A stretch of 64,000 bases of DNA from an uncultured OCS116 cluster bacterium (GTDB taxonomy: Bacteria > Pseudomonadota > Alphaproteobacteria > Rhizobiales > TMED25): NCBI GenBank assembly GCA_902633855.1, contig CACPHU010000007.1, positions 5,827 through 69,826 on the forward strand. Direction: 5' to 3'. This document shows, one piece after another, positions 9,953-20,652 of this stretch. The notes under the pieces are model-generated. The model was not told the origin of the DNA. It made no database searches and saw nothing but the letters and a program-made list of their open reading frames with translations. Each line of letters begins with the position of its first letter. Positions within the stretch are counted from its first letter, which is position 1. The translations under genes were made by a program, and so were the position numbers.

Positions 9953-12822
9953 TAAGTATTTCTTTTAAAAACTTCCCTGTGTGACTCACTTTTTGTTTTG
10001 CAATATGCTCCGGCGTTCCTTCTGCTATAATTTTACCTCCGTGATCCCCGCCTTCGGGTCCCATATCGATAATCCAGTCTGCACTTTTGATTACATCTAA
10101 ATTATGTTCGATGACCAAGACACTGTTTCCCTTATCTACTAACTCATTTAGTATTTTTATTAACTTTTGGACATCATGAAAATGCAAGCCAGTTGTTGGT
10201 TCATCTAAAATATAGAGGGTATTACCTTTTGGCTTTCTAGACAATTCCTTCGAGAGTTTTATTCTTTGGGCTTCGCCACCAGATAATGTTGTTGCAGATT
10301 GACCAATCTTTATGTAGTCAAGCCCTACAGCTTGAAGCATTATTAGTTTATCCCGAATTGCAGGGATTGCCCTGAAAAACTCCACTGCCTCAAAAACAGT
10401 CATATCCAAGACATCTGATATATTTTTATCTTTATACCTAACTTCCAAGGTTTCTCGGTTATATCTTTTTCCACCACAAACATCACAAGTCACATAAACA
10501 TCGGAAAGAAAGTGCATCTCAACCTTAATAAGTCCATCGCCCTCGCAATTTTCGCATCTACCACCTTTAACATTGAAAGAAAACCTACCTGGCTTGTACC
10601 CCCTAGTCTTTGATTCTGGGAGACTAGCAAACCAATCACGTATTGGAGTAAAAGTGCCTGTATATGTTACTGGATTTGATCTTGGTGTGCGACCGATCGG
10701 TGATTGATTGATCTCAATAATTTTATCGATATATTCATCGCCAATGATTTTACTGTAATTATCAAAAACCATGCCCGCTCGAGAGAGCTTTGAATTTAAA
10801 CCTTGAAATAATATATTATTGATAAGCGTGGATTTACCAGATCCTGACACACCAGTTATACATAGTAGCAAACCGAGAGGGAAATCTGCATCAATTCCCT
10901 TTATATTATTTTCTCTAGCATTCGTTATTTTCAGTGTTGACGTTTTTTTTCGTCTTACTTTTGGAATATCTATAAAAAGTTTTTTGCTTAAATATTTACC
11001 CGTGATTGATTTGTTATTTTTTTCAATGTCTTTTAAGGAACCCCTCGCAACAATATCACCGCCATTAACTCCTGCCCCCGGTCCTATGTCTACTATATAG
11101 TCAGCAGCACGCATTGCCTCCTCATCGTGTTCAACAATTATAACTGTGTTACCAAGATCCCTGAGGGACGATAGTGTATGAAGTAATCTTCCATTATCCC
11201 TTTGATGTAAACCAATTGATGGCTCGTCAAGTACATAAATTACACCGGTGAGTTTTGAACCAATTTGACTTGCCAATCTTATCCTTTGAGCTTCACCACC
11301 TGATAATGTACCAGAAGCCCTTGCTAGAGTTAGGTAATCTAGCCCTACTTCATTCAGAAAGCTGAGCCGATCAAAAATCTCTTTGAGTATCGGAGTTGCA
11401 ATTGTCTTCTTATTATCAGTGAGCTTAACAGCAATGTTTGATATCCAATCTTTTGCGTCTTTAATTGACATCGCAGTGAGGATACTAATATCAATGTCGT
11501 CTATTTTCACACATAAAGCGTTTTCATTGAGTCGCTTACCATTACAATCACTGCACGGCTGCAGCGATTGATATCTAAATAATTCTCGAAATTTATACCT
11601 AGATTTAACCTGTTTTATTGCCTGATTAATCATTGGTACAATACCGTCAAACGGTTTTAGAAAATTTAGCTCATCAATACCGCTTCTTTTTGTAAATTCA
11701 ATATTTTTTTTAGAGCCATAAAGAATTATATCTTTGATTTCTTTATCGATATCTTTCCATGGTGATGATAAGCTAAATCCATATTCTTGAAGTAGCGGTT
11801 TCAATATATCAGATACAAGAGATCTATTGAGATTTCTCCATGGTTTGATCGCGCCGTCAATTATTGATAGCCCCTCATCAGGAATGATTTTTTTTGGATC
11901 CGCAGAGTATATATTTCCGATGCCATCGCAGCCTTTGCATGCACCAATTGGGCTATTGAATGAGAATAGCCTTGGTTCAATTTCTCCAAGGCTAAATCCT
12001 GATACTGGACATGCAAATTTAGTTGAAAATACTAATCTTTCATGAGTGTCATTTTTAGACTGATTAATTTTTTTTTCGTTAGTAATTTGACTGTCGGCAA
12101 ATTCCACAATCAAAAGTGACCCCGAATACTGCAGCGCTGTTTCAATTGAGTCGGCAAGCCTGACAGGATCTATTGATCCACTGATCAATCTATCTATAAC
12201 TACATCAATATCATGCTTGAAATTCTTTTCTAGTTTTGGAACTTTATCAACGGTGTAGAAAGTTCCATCGACTTTCACCCTTTGAAACCCATCTTTTCTG
12301 ATTTTCTGAAATTCAGTCTGGAATTCACCTTTTTTTTCTTTAGCAATTGGTGCTAGCAAAATAATTTTTTGACCATCCTCCAATTTCATTATTCTATCAA
12401 CCATATTTGAAACTGTTTGAGCCTCAATAGGCAGTCCTGTTGCTGGTGAGTATGGCGTTCCAACCCTTGCATATAACACGCGTAAGTAATCATATATTTC
12501 TGTGACGGTGCCAACCGTCGATCTGGGATTCCTAGATGTTGTTTTCTGTTCTATTGATATTGAGGGTGACAAACCTTCTATACTTTCCACTTTGGGCTTA
12601 TCCATCATTTCAAGAAATTGTCTTGCATAAGAAGATAGGCTTTCGACATACCTTCTTTGCCCCTCTGCATAAATAGTATCAAATGCTAAGCTTGACTTAC
12701 CAGAACCAGATAGTCCTGTAAAAAGAACTAACTTTTCCTTCGGTATTTCTAAGGAAATATCTTTAAGGTTGTGTTCTGAAGCTTTAGTAATTTTTATGAA
12801 TTTATTGATTTCTTTTCTGCAT
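9945..12822 (-). CDS. uvrA: excinuclease ABC subunit A, with a 5' end anomaly (no canonical in-frame start before the first Walker A)
   Basis: The 887-aa ORF from ATG 12608 is UvrA (zinc-finger Cys clusters, second ABC domain). About 67 further in-frame codons (12609..12809) encode FIKITKASEHNLKDISLEIPKEKLVLFTGLSGSGKSSLAFDTIYAEGQRRYVESLSSYARQFLEMM, the genuine N-terminus. The only nearby ATG (12822) is one frame off, across an A4 run. Confidence 0.85.
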
Positions 12823-12920
12823 TTTTTGTTTAGGTTTCAACAATATAATAATTTAATCATTAATATTAAATATAAAAGTGTTGAAATTCATATTATACTA
12901 CAAATAATAGGAGTTTTGAT

Positions 12921-13391
12921 ATGGCTGGTAGCTTAAATAAGGTAACATTAATTGGTAATCTCGGAGCTGACCCTGAGGTTAGAACTATGGGAAATGGGAA
13001 GAAAGTTGCAAGCTTTAGCCTTGCAACAACAGAAAATTGGACAGATAAATCAACAAATGAACGCAAGGAAAGTACAGAATGGCATCGCGTAGTTGTATTT
13101 AATGAGGTGTTGTTGAGAGTTGTTGAAGACTATGTAAAAAAAGGATCAAAACTCTATCTTGAAGGCAATCTTCAAACAAGAAAGTGGCAGGATCAGTCGG
13201 GGCAAGATAGGTATACAACAGAAATTGTTGTGCAAAATTTTAGAGGTACACTCATCTTATTGGATAGCCGAGGTGACTCAACTCCTTCAATACCAAATGA
13301 TCGCCCTGAACCGCTGGGTCAATCAAATCCAGAAGTCGCACAAACCACCGAGGCGATTGCTGATGAATTCGATGATGAAATTCCATTCTAG
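12921..13391 (+). CDS. ssb: single-stranded DNA-binding protein
   Basis: OB fold ([17 protein letters not shown]), an acidic tail ending DDEIPF and an AGGAG RBS upstream. Divergent from uvrA as in many bacteria. Confidence 0.93.
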   Translation: MAGSLNKVTLIGNLGADPEVRTMGNGKKVASFSLATTENWTDKSTNERKESTEWHRVVVFNEVLLRVVEDYVKKGSKLYLEGNLQTRKWQDQSGQDRYTTEIVVQNFRGTLILLDSRGDSTPSIPNDRPEPLGQSNPEVAQTTEAIADEFDDEIPF

Positions 13392-13502
13392 ATTACTTTT
13401 ATATTCAACAGAAAGATGCCCAACTTGAAATTAAAATATTCTATCAAGCTCTGTAAACTGTTAAAATTTAAGAGTTAAATGATTCGGGATTTTTAAAGTA
13501 AA

Positions 13503-16226
13503 TTGTCAGAAAACGAAAACGATAAATCAAAAGATGTAGGCTCAGGTATTTTACCCGTTACAATAGAAAACGAAATGAGCTCATCGTACCTCGATTACGC
13601 AATGAGTGTGATTGTGTCGAGGGCTATTCCAGATGTTAGAGATGGACTAAAACCAGTTCATAGAAGAATACTTTATTCAATGAGTCAGATGGGGTTAGAT
13701 TTTAACAAACCTTACAGAAAGTCTGCTCGAGTAGTTGGCGATGTCATAGGTAAGTATCACCCTCATGGTGACTCTGCCGTTTATGAGTCTCTTGTTAGAA
13801 TGGCTCAATCATTTTCGATGATGGCACCTCTTATTGAAGGGCAGGGTAATTTCGGGTCTGTTGATGGCGATCGTCCAGCAGCAATGAGGTATACAGAGTG
13901 CAGGCTTGAAAAAATAACTACGCTGATGCTGGATGATATCGACAAGAATTGTATAGAATATCAAGAAAATTATGATGGTTCTGAGAGTGAGCCCACTGTT
14001 CTGCCCTCGAAATTTCCAAATCTTCTCATAAATGGCGCTGGTGGTATAGCGGTAGGTATGGCAACTAATATCCCACCACATAACTTATCTGAAGTAATTG
14101 ATGGATGCGTAGCAATCCTAAATAATCCATCTACGACAGAGGAGGAGCTCAATGAAATCATTCCAGGGCCAGATTTCCCAACTGGAGGATTGATTATTGG
14201 AAGAAATGGAATAAGATCAGCGCAGCAAATAGGTAGGGGATCTGTGATACTAAGGGGTAGAGCAGAAATTGAAGAGAAAAACAGTAGAAGCTCTATTATC
14301 ATTTCGGAAATACCATATCAGGTTAATAAGTCTAGCCTTATTGAAAAAATTGCAGAAGTTGTAAGGGATAAAAGAGTTGAGGGAATTTCTGATATTCGGG
14401 ACATTTCTGACAGGCATGGCATTAGGGTGGTTATAGAGCTAAAAAAAGACGCTGAAGCTGATGTTATATTAAACCAATTGTATAAGTACACACCGCTTCA
14501 ATCGTCATTTGGTTGCAATATGGTTTGCCTGAACTCGGGAAAGCCTGAATTGCTATCAATAAGACAAATAATTGACGCTTTCTTAGAATTCCGTGTTGAC
14601 ATTGTAGTAAAAAGATCAACCTATCTGCTAAACAAATCGCGGGACAGGGCGCATGTTCTTGTTGGCTTAGCAATAGCAATAGCAAATATTGATGAGATTA
14701 TTAAAGTTATAAGATCATCACCTGATCCAGCGACTGCCCGCGATTACATGCTCAAGAAAAAATGGATACCAAAAAATGTTGAGTCGCTCATAAAGCTTAT
14801 TGATGACCCTCGGCATAAGATTGCAAAAGATGGCACATACATGTTATCAACTGATCAAGTTCAAGCAATATTAGATTTGCGATTACAGCGTCTGACTGCA
14901 ATTGGACGAGACGAAATTGAGAAAGAACTAAATTCTATTGGAGAGCAAATAAAAGAATATCTTGAAATACTTACAAACAGAAAGGTATTAGATACCTTGA
15001 TCGAGAAGGAACTTTTAGAGGCAAAAGAGTCATTTGGAGTCCCAAGGAGAACGGAAATAACAGATCTTGAGTTGGATGTGGATGATGAGGATCTTATTCC
15101 AAAGCAGGACGTCGTTGTTACTGTCAGTCACAAAGGATATATAAAAAGAGTCCCATTATCGACCTACAGGAGTCAGCGAAGAGGTGGAAAGGGTCGTGCG
15201 GGTATGAGTACGAGAGATGAGGATTTTGTCACGCAAATCTTTGTTGAAAATACACATACCCCAATACTTTTCTTTTCTTCAACGGGTATTGTATACAAAA
15301 TGAAGGTCTGGAAACTGCCTCAAGGCACACCGCAATCAAAGGGAAAGGCAATGATAAATTTGTTACCTTTGAGTGAAGGTGAGAACATCACCACAATAAT
15401 GCCGTTACCCGAAAATGAAAGGGAATGGGAAAATTTATATATAATGTTCACAACTGAGAAGGGGAATGTCAGGAAGAATAAGCTAAGCGATTTTGTAGAT
15501 GTTCGGGCAAATGGTAAAATAGCAATGAAATTACATGACAACGATCAAATAAAAACGGTTGAAACGTGTACGGACGATGACGATTTATTAATAACCACCC
15601 TCAAAGGTCAATGTATTAGGTTTCGAGCTTCAGATGTAAGACTATTTGTTGGCAGGTCATCAACTGGCGTGAGGGGAATCAGACTCGCGCAAGATGATAG
15701 GGTCATATCATCTGCAATTATTAAATCTATGAGCGCCACAACTGAAGAAAGGGCTGCATACCTGAAAATGAGTAGGGCTGTTCGAGGTGACATAGACTCT
15801 GAAAATGAAGAAAATGAGGAAAACGTCGAAAATATAACTCCAGCAATTCTATCTGATGAAAAGTATGCTGAAATGGGCGCATCTGAGCAGTTTGTTTTGT
15901 CTATATCCAATAATGGTTATGGGAAGAGAACATCAACATTTGAATACAGAGTCACCGGGAGAGGGGGCAAAGGCATTATTGCTATGGTTGTAAATGATCG
16001 AAATGGGAATATTGCAGATTCATTCCCGGTTGACTCCACAAATCAAATTATTCTTGTGACAAATAATGGAAAATTAATAAGATGCCCTGTGGACGATATC
16101 AGAATTGCCTCGAGATCAACCCAGGGCGTCAAGATATTTGATGTCGACGACCAAGAGCAGGTTGTTTCAGTGGAGCGCTTAGGCGATCTTGAATCAGACG
16201 AAGACGATGGAGCCGACAATGAATAG
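13503..16226 (+). CDS. gyrA: DNA gyrase subunit A
   Basis: 907 aa. QRDR YHPHGDSAVYESLVRMAQ, active-site AAMRYTE, C-terminal beta-pinwheel repeats and an acidic tail. TTG start. Confidence 0.95.
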   Translation: MSENENDKSKDVGSGILPVTIENEMSSSYLDYAMSVIVSRAIPDVRDGLKPVHRRILYSMSQMGLDFNKPYRKSARVVGDVIGKYHPHGDSAVYESLVRMAQSFSMMAPLIEGQGNFGSVDGDRPAAMRYTECRLEKITTLMLDDIDKNCIEYQENYDGSESEPTVLPSKFPNLLINGAGGIAVGMATNIPPHNLSEVIDGCVAILNNPSTTEEELNEIIPGPDFPTGGLIIGRNGIRSAQQIGRGSVILRGRAEIEEKNSRSSIIISEIPYQVNKSSLIEKIAEVVRDKRVEGISDIRDISDRHGIRVVIELKKDAEADVILNQLYKYTPLQSSFGCNMVCLNSGKPELLSIRQIIDAFLEFRVDIVVKRSTYLLNKSRDRAHVLVGLAIAIANIDEIIKVIRSSPDPATARDYMLKKKWIPKNVESLIKLIDDPRHKIAKDGTYMLSTDQVQAILDLRLQRLTAIGRDEIEKELNSIGEQIKEYLEILTNRKVLDTLIEKELLEAKESFGVPRRTEITDLELDVDDEDLIPKQDVVVTVSHKGYIKRVPLSTYRSQRRGGKGRAGMSTRDEDFVTQIFVENTHTPILFFSSTGIVYKMKVWKLPQGTPQSKGKAMINLLPLSEGENITTIMPLPENEREWENLYIMFTTEKGNVRKNKLSDFVDVRANGKIAMKLHDNDQIKTVETCTDDDDLLITTLKGQCIRFRASDVRLFVGRSSTGVRGIRLAQDDRVISSAIIKSMSATTEERAAYLKMSRAVRGDIDSENEENEENVENITPAILSDEKYAEMGASEQFVLSISNNGYGKRTSTFEYRVTGRGGKGIIAMVVNDRNGNIADSFPVDSTNQIILVTNNGKLIRCPVDDIRIASRSTQGVKIFDVDDQEQVVSVERLGDLESDEDDGADNE

Positions 16227-16719
16227 ATGTTTTTTCCCTGGATCTTTTGATCCTTTTACGTTTGGGCATAAGAATATTATTGAAAAAGCATCAGCGGTTT
16301 CAGAACATATAATAATTGGGATTGGTCAGCATCACGAAAAAAACTCTCTAATAGATATTCACACAAGAGAGTCTTTGTTAAATGAGTCAATTAAATCTAT
16401 GAAGGTGCCAAATACACAAATTGATGTAATTATTTTTGACAGCCTTTTAGTACAGGCAGCAAAGGATAATCAATGTAATATAATTATACGTGGCATAAGA
16501 GATACATCGGATCTCAATTACGAATTACGAATGTATAATACAAACAGGATAATCGAACCCAATATTGAGACATTATTCATACCGACAGATAATGATCTAA
16601 ATCATATTTCATCAAGCTTAGTGCGGCAAATTTATAAACTTGGTGGTTCAATTGAGTCTTTAGTGCCAGATAATGTAAATAAATACTTGATAAAGAACAT
16701 CAATTCCATTACCAAATAA
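16219..16719 (+). CDS. coaD: phosphopantetheine adenylyltransferase
   Basis: MNRCFFPGSFDPFTFGH is the CoaD N-terminal signature. ATG 16219 overlaps the gyrA stop. The longer track ORF (16189) is probably an over-extension. Confidence 0.85.
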   Translation: MNRCFFPGSFDPFTFGHKNIIEKASAVSEHIIIGIGQHHEKNSLIDIHTRESLLNESIKSMKVPNTQIDVIIFDSLLVQAAKDNQCNIIIRGIRDTSDLNYELRMYNTNRIIEPNIETLFIPTDNDLNHISSSLVRQIYKLGGSIESLVPDNVNKYLIKNINSITK

Positions 16720-16723
16720 AATT

Positions 16724-17242
16724 ATGTTTATAAAGAAATTTCTGATATTAATAACCTTAATTATATTTACTGGAGTCTCAATGGCCGAAAATACAAAAGA
16801 AAAATTATTAATTGAACTATCGCATGGTGATGTAATAATTGAATTACATAGTGATATTGCGCCACTACATGTTGAACAAATAAAGACATTAGCCAGAGAT
16901 GGTTTTTATGATGGAATAATATTTCATCGGGTCATAGATGGTTTTATGGCACAAACAGGGGATCCAACCGGGACTGGTATGGGCGGGTCTGATTATCCGA
17001 ATCTAAAAGCTGAATTTTCTAACAAACCATTTGATAGAGGCACCGTTGGAATGGCAAGGTCAAGTAACCCCAACAGTGCGAATAGTCAGTTTTTTATTTG
17101 CTTCCAGCCTGCGCCTTTTCTCAATCAACAATACACCGTTTGGGGTACTGTTATAGAAGGAATGGAAAATGTTGATAAGATAGCTCGAGGTGAACCACCG
17201 ACAAATCCTGACTCCATGATCAAAGTGACAGTAATAGAGTAA
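16724..17242 (+). CDS. cyclophilin-type peptidyl-prolyl cis-trans isomerase, secreted
   Basis: Signal peptide, then FHRVIDGFMAQTGDP and NSQFFI cyclophilin motifs. Confidence 0.88.
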   Translation: MFIKKFLILITLIIFTGVSMAENTKEKLLIELSHGDVIIELHSDIAPLHVEQIKTLARDGFYDGIIFHRVIDGFMAQTGDPTGTGMGGSDYPNLKAEFSNKPFDRGTVGMARSSNPNSANSQFFICFQPAPFLNQQYTVWGTVIEGMENVDKIARGEPPTNPDSMIKVTVIE

Positions 17243-17251
17243 CGCAGTATT

Positions 17252-18307
17252 GTGAAAATTGGGTTATTTGACTTCCAGCTGGACAAGAGTAAGATAGCTC
17301 TCGCACCGGCAAACCCGAGAGATCATTCCAAGCTAATGATCTTAGACTCATCCAGAAAAATCACTCATAAATATTTTTATAACCTTCCCGATCTTCTGAG
17401 TCCAAAAGATGTAATTGTTATAAATGATACCAAAGTCACTCCAACCTATTTTGAGATAAAGAGATGGAGAAAAGGTAACACTTCAAATATAAGATTAAAC
17501 ATCATAAGACAATTAGATGATGGTGATTGGGTAATATTAGCAAAGCCTAAGAGACGACTAAAAATAATGGACAAATTGATATTTTCTGACGAAGATAAAG
17601 TGTCAGCTGATGTTGTTGGATTTGAAGATGAGCATGTTAAAATAAGGTTCAATCAAAATATGGATATGATGGCCTGGATAGAGAGCAATGGAAAATTACC
17701 ACTCCCACCTTACATTACAGCACAACGTGAGCTGAAAGATGAAGATAAAGACTCTTATCAAACAGTTTATGCTAAGCATGCAGGGTCTGCAGCGGCTCCG
17801 ACAGCTGGACTGCATTTTACCGAAAAATTATTACATAACATTCAGGCGAAAGGCATCCGTATTTGCAATGTTTTATTGCATGTTGGATCGGGTACATTCT
17901 CACCAATTAAAACAGATAATATTTTAGATCATAAAATTCATTCAGAGTGGTGCCATTTAAATTCTCAGGCGGCCGATTTATTGAATCAAACAAGGGCTGC
18001 TGGAGGCAACATTATAGCCATTGGAACAACAAGCATGAGAATATTGGAGTCTGCTGTGAATGATACAGGTAAATTTAGTGAATACAAGGGTGAAACAGAC
18101 ATCTATATTAAGCCGGGGCATAAGTTTAGAGCTGCGGATGCTATGATAACAAATTTTCACTTACCGAAATCGTCTCTATTTGTTTTAGTTTGTGCATATT
18201 ACGGGATAGATGATATGCAAAAAGCTTATGCATCCGCCATGGATAATAATTATAGATTTTATTCTTATGGGGATGCTTGTTTTATTTATGGTGATCTGAG
18301 TGTTTAA
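17252..18307 (+). CDS. queA: S-adenosylmethionine:tRNA ribosyltransferase-isomerase
   Basis: 351 aa with PLPPYI and SAAAPTAGLHFT motifs. Overlaps tgt by 8 nt. Confidence 0.9.
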   Translation: MKIGLFDFQLDKSKIALAPANPRDHSKLMILDSSRKITHKYFYNLPDLLSPKDVIVINDTKVTPTYFEIKRWRKGNTSNIRLNIIRQLDDGDWVILAKPKRRLKIMDKLIFSDEDKVSADVVGFEDEHVKIRFNQNMDMMAWIESNGKLPLPPYITAQRELKDEDKDSYQTVYAKHAGSAAAPTAGLHFTEKLLHNIQAKGIRICNVLLHVGSGTFSPIKTDNILDHKIHSEWCHLNSQAADLLNQTRAAGGNIIAIGTTSMRILESAVNDTGKFSEYKGETDIYIKPGHKFRAADAMITNFHLPKSSLFVLVCAYYGIDDMQKAYASAMDNNYRFYSYGDACFIYGDLSV

Positions 18308-19406
18308 AATAACAGCAAAAGATAGATACGCCAGATGTGGTCGTTTAAGTCTTGCTCATGGAACAGTTGAAACACCAGTATTCATGCCTGTTGGGACCCA
18401 AGGGACAGTAAAAGCTATTTCTGTGGATACACTAAAAAAGATTGGTTTTGATATCATACTTGGCAATACCTATCATCTTTATTTGAGACCTGGAACAGAA
18501 ATACTTGATAAATTTGGTGGCTTAAATGACTTTATGAAGTGGGATAGGCCAATATTGACAGACTCAGGAGGGTTCCAAATTATGTCACTTTCTAAGCTTA
18601 TGAAAATTGAAGGAGGTGGAGTGAGATTTCAATCACACATTGATGGAAAAGAGTTTTATTTATCACCGGATATTTCAATGAAAGTACAAGACTCAATTGG
18701 ATCAGATATTCATATGGTACTCGATCAATGCATTGAATTCGATAAGGATATATCAAACATAAGAGATGCGATGAATTTATCTCTAAAATGGGCTGAGTTG
18801 TCCAAAAAGTCCTTTTTTAAGAAGGATGGAAGGATGCTTTTTGGAATAATCCAGGGAGGAACTGATCAACATTTGAGGGAGCAATCGGCAATCGAGACAA
18901 TTGATATTGGTTTTGACGGTTATGCAATTGGAGGTCTTGCGGTTGGCGAAGGTCATGAATTGATGCTGAGTACGCTAGATTTTACAATACCAAATTTACC
19001 GGATGAAAAGCCACGATACCTAATGGGTGTTGGTACGCCCGTTGACCTTGTTGAGTCTGTAAAGAGGGGTGTTGATATGTTTGATTGCGTTATGCCCACC
19101 AGAGCGGGTCGCCATGGTCTTGCATATACAAAATTTGGTGCAATTAATTTAAGGAACGCAAAGTTCTCAGACGATATGAGACCGATTAACGAAGAGTCAG
19201 ATTGTCCTATTGCATCAGTGTATTCGAGGTCATACCTCCATCATTTAATTAGGTCAAAAGAAATACTCGCCGCTATGCTTATTTCAGAAATAAATTTACA
19301 CTACTATAACTCACTTATGATAGATCTGAGATTCGCGATAAGAGATAATCGTTTGGATCTAAAAATTGAAGAAATTAAAAAAAACTGGAAACGCGTAGAT
19401 GTATAA
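18300..19406 (+). CDS. tgt: tRNA-guanine transglycosylase
   Basis: ARCGRLSLAHGTVETPVFMPVGTQGTVK, DSGGFQ and a C-terminal Zn site region. GTG start. Confidence 0.93.
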   Translation: MFKITAKDRYARCGRLSLAHGTVETPVFMPVGTQGTVKAISVDTLKKIGFDIILGNTYHLYLRPGTEILDKFGGLNDFMKWDRPILTDSGGFQIMSLSKLMKIEGGGVRFQSHIDGKEFYLSPDISMKVQDSIGSDIHMVLDQCIEFDKDISNIRDAMNLSLKWAELSKKSFFKKDGRMLFGIIQGGTDQHLREQSAIETIDIGFDGYAIGGLAVGEGHELMLSTLDFTIPNLPDEKPRYLMGVGTPVDLVESVKRGVDMFDCVMPTRAGRHGLAYTKFGAINLRNAKFSDDMRPINEESDCPIASVYSRSYLHHLIRSKEILAAMLISEINLHYYNSLMIDLRFAIRDNRLDLKIEEIKKNWKRVDV

Positions 19407-19488
19407 CAATCTTGTTTTTTGTGTTTATGAATAAACATTAGTTTACAACACTTTAAACCTGCCATATAAAGTACTATGTTTTAACTAA

Positions 19489-19564
19489 GGGCCCTTAGCT
19501 CAGTCGGTAGAGCAGGTGACTTTTAATCACTGTGTCATAGGTTCGATTCCTATAGGGCCCGCCA
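19489..19564 (+). tRNA. tRNA-Lys(UUU): tRNA-Lys (anticodon UUU), CCA encoded
   Basis: 76 nt cloverleaf folded by hand. Acceptor GGGCCCT/AGGGCCC, D arm GCTC..GAGC, anticodon stem GGTGA/TCACT with loop CTTTTAA, T arm ATAGG-TTCGATT-CCTAT, then GCCA. Confidence 0.93.
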
Positions 19565-19713
19565 AACTTCGCGACAGAAAAAATAAAAAAATGCGTCATT
19601 GCTGAAATACGTTTACAGCTAATCATGCGCCAAAAATTCAATAGTTTTTAATAGTAGATCAAATTATCTGTGCTATAATTATGACGCTTATATATAGTTT
19701 TTAGGGAGGATTT

Positions 19714-20241
19714 ATGGGTTTTGAAGGAGTTCATAGAGTTGGGCACGTAGGCATTTGGGTTAGTGATATAGAGAAATCACTAGAATGGTATAGGGATGTA
19801 GTGGGGCTCAAATTAACTGGTATTTGGGGTGAGCCATACAGGAAACACAGGATGTGTTTTGTTAGATGTGAAGACTGGCATCACGATATTGTCTTCTTTG
19901 AGATAGATAAAGAAAAAGATAGAAGTAAATTAGATCAATCGGATACCGGTAAGAGACATTCCCCGGGTGTTCATCATATTGCATTTGAAATACCTGAAAG
20001 AGAAGATTGGTTAAATGCACTTGAGCACTGCAAAAAGAATAATATACCCTTTGTATCAGGCCCATATGTTCATGGTCACGAGGCTAAATATGTTGAGGGA
20101 GATGATACACTAGGATTTGTTGGTGGAAGTGGAAGTCACGCATTTTATATTACTGATCCTGACGGCAATAGAATCGAGTTTTATACTTGGATGATGAAGG
20201 TCACAAAAGAATGTATTGCAGCTCCAAATCCAGATCTTTAA
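19714..20241 (+). CDS. VOC (glyoxalase/extradiol dioxygenase) family protein, paralog 1
   Basis: 175 aa with VGHVGIWVSDIEKSLEWY and HHIAFEI...DPDGNRIEF metal-ligand motifs. Strong RBS AGGGAGGA. Clear paralog of 39724..40233. Confidence 0.8.
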   Translation: MGFEGVHRVGHVGIWVSDIEKSLEWYRDVVGLKLTGIWGEPYRKHRMCFVRCEDWHHDIVFFEIDKEKDRSKLDQSDTGKRHSPGVHHIAFEIPEREDWLNALEHCKKNNIPFVSGPYVHGHEAKYVEGDDTLGFVGGSGSHAFYITDPDGNRIEFYTWMMKVTKECIAAPNPDL

Positions 20242-20651
20242 TATCAATAGCTATTTTAGTTATTTTTGTATTACAGACAAACCTTTTAAAAGCCCACGCT
20301 CACGCGATCTTTGAAATAAATAATGTATCAAGTAGCGATGGTTACGTTGTGCTACATCTTTATGAAAACAAAACTTCATTTAAAAAATTTAACCCAGATC
20401 GAATTTATAAAAAAGTGGCGACAAAGGGTAAAACGATCATCCCAATCAATGACTATCACGAGGGTGATATTGCCATTTTTGTATTTCATGATGAAAACAG
20501 TGATGAGGAGTTCAATACTTCAATTTTTTGGACGCCAAAAGAGGGTTACGCTTACAGTAATTCATATATTCCAACTAGTATTCCTAAGTATGAGGAAGCT
20601 CTCTTTCGCCTTGAGCATGGAGTGGCGGTTAATCTAGAGCTGATTTATTAG
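20211..20651 (+). CDS. DUF2141-family secreted protein
   Basis: Signal peptide MYCSSKSRSLISIAILVIFVLQTNLLKAHA, then the pattern ..VVLHLYENKTSF.. FHDENSDEEFNT..TPKEGYAYSNS, which is typical of DUF2141. The start is uncertain (TTG 20187 or ATG 20211). Confidence 0.6.
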   Translation: MYCSSKSRSLISIAILVIFVLQTNLLKAHAHAIFEINNVSSSDGYVVLHLYENKTSFKKFNPDRIYKKVATKGKTIIPINDYHEGDIAIFVFHDENSDEEFNTSIFWTPKEGYAYSNSYIPTSIPKYEEALFRLEHGVAVNLELIY

Positions 20652-20652
20652 T

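Noticed and set aside
15790-15840. GAA/AAT-rich repetitive stretch in gyrA encoding DSENEENEENVEN.
   Set aside because: It is a short acidic low-complexity insert within the GyrA C-terminal domain, in frame, with no sign of a mobile element or slippage-induced disruption.
19489-19713. A tRNA-Lys-linked mobile genomic island.
   Set aside because: There are no integrase, excisionase, transposase or conjugation genes. I could not find a direct repeat of the tRNA 3' end at the candidate boundaries I inspected by eye. It is kept only as a synteny-break observation.
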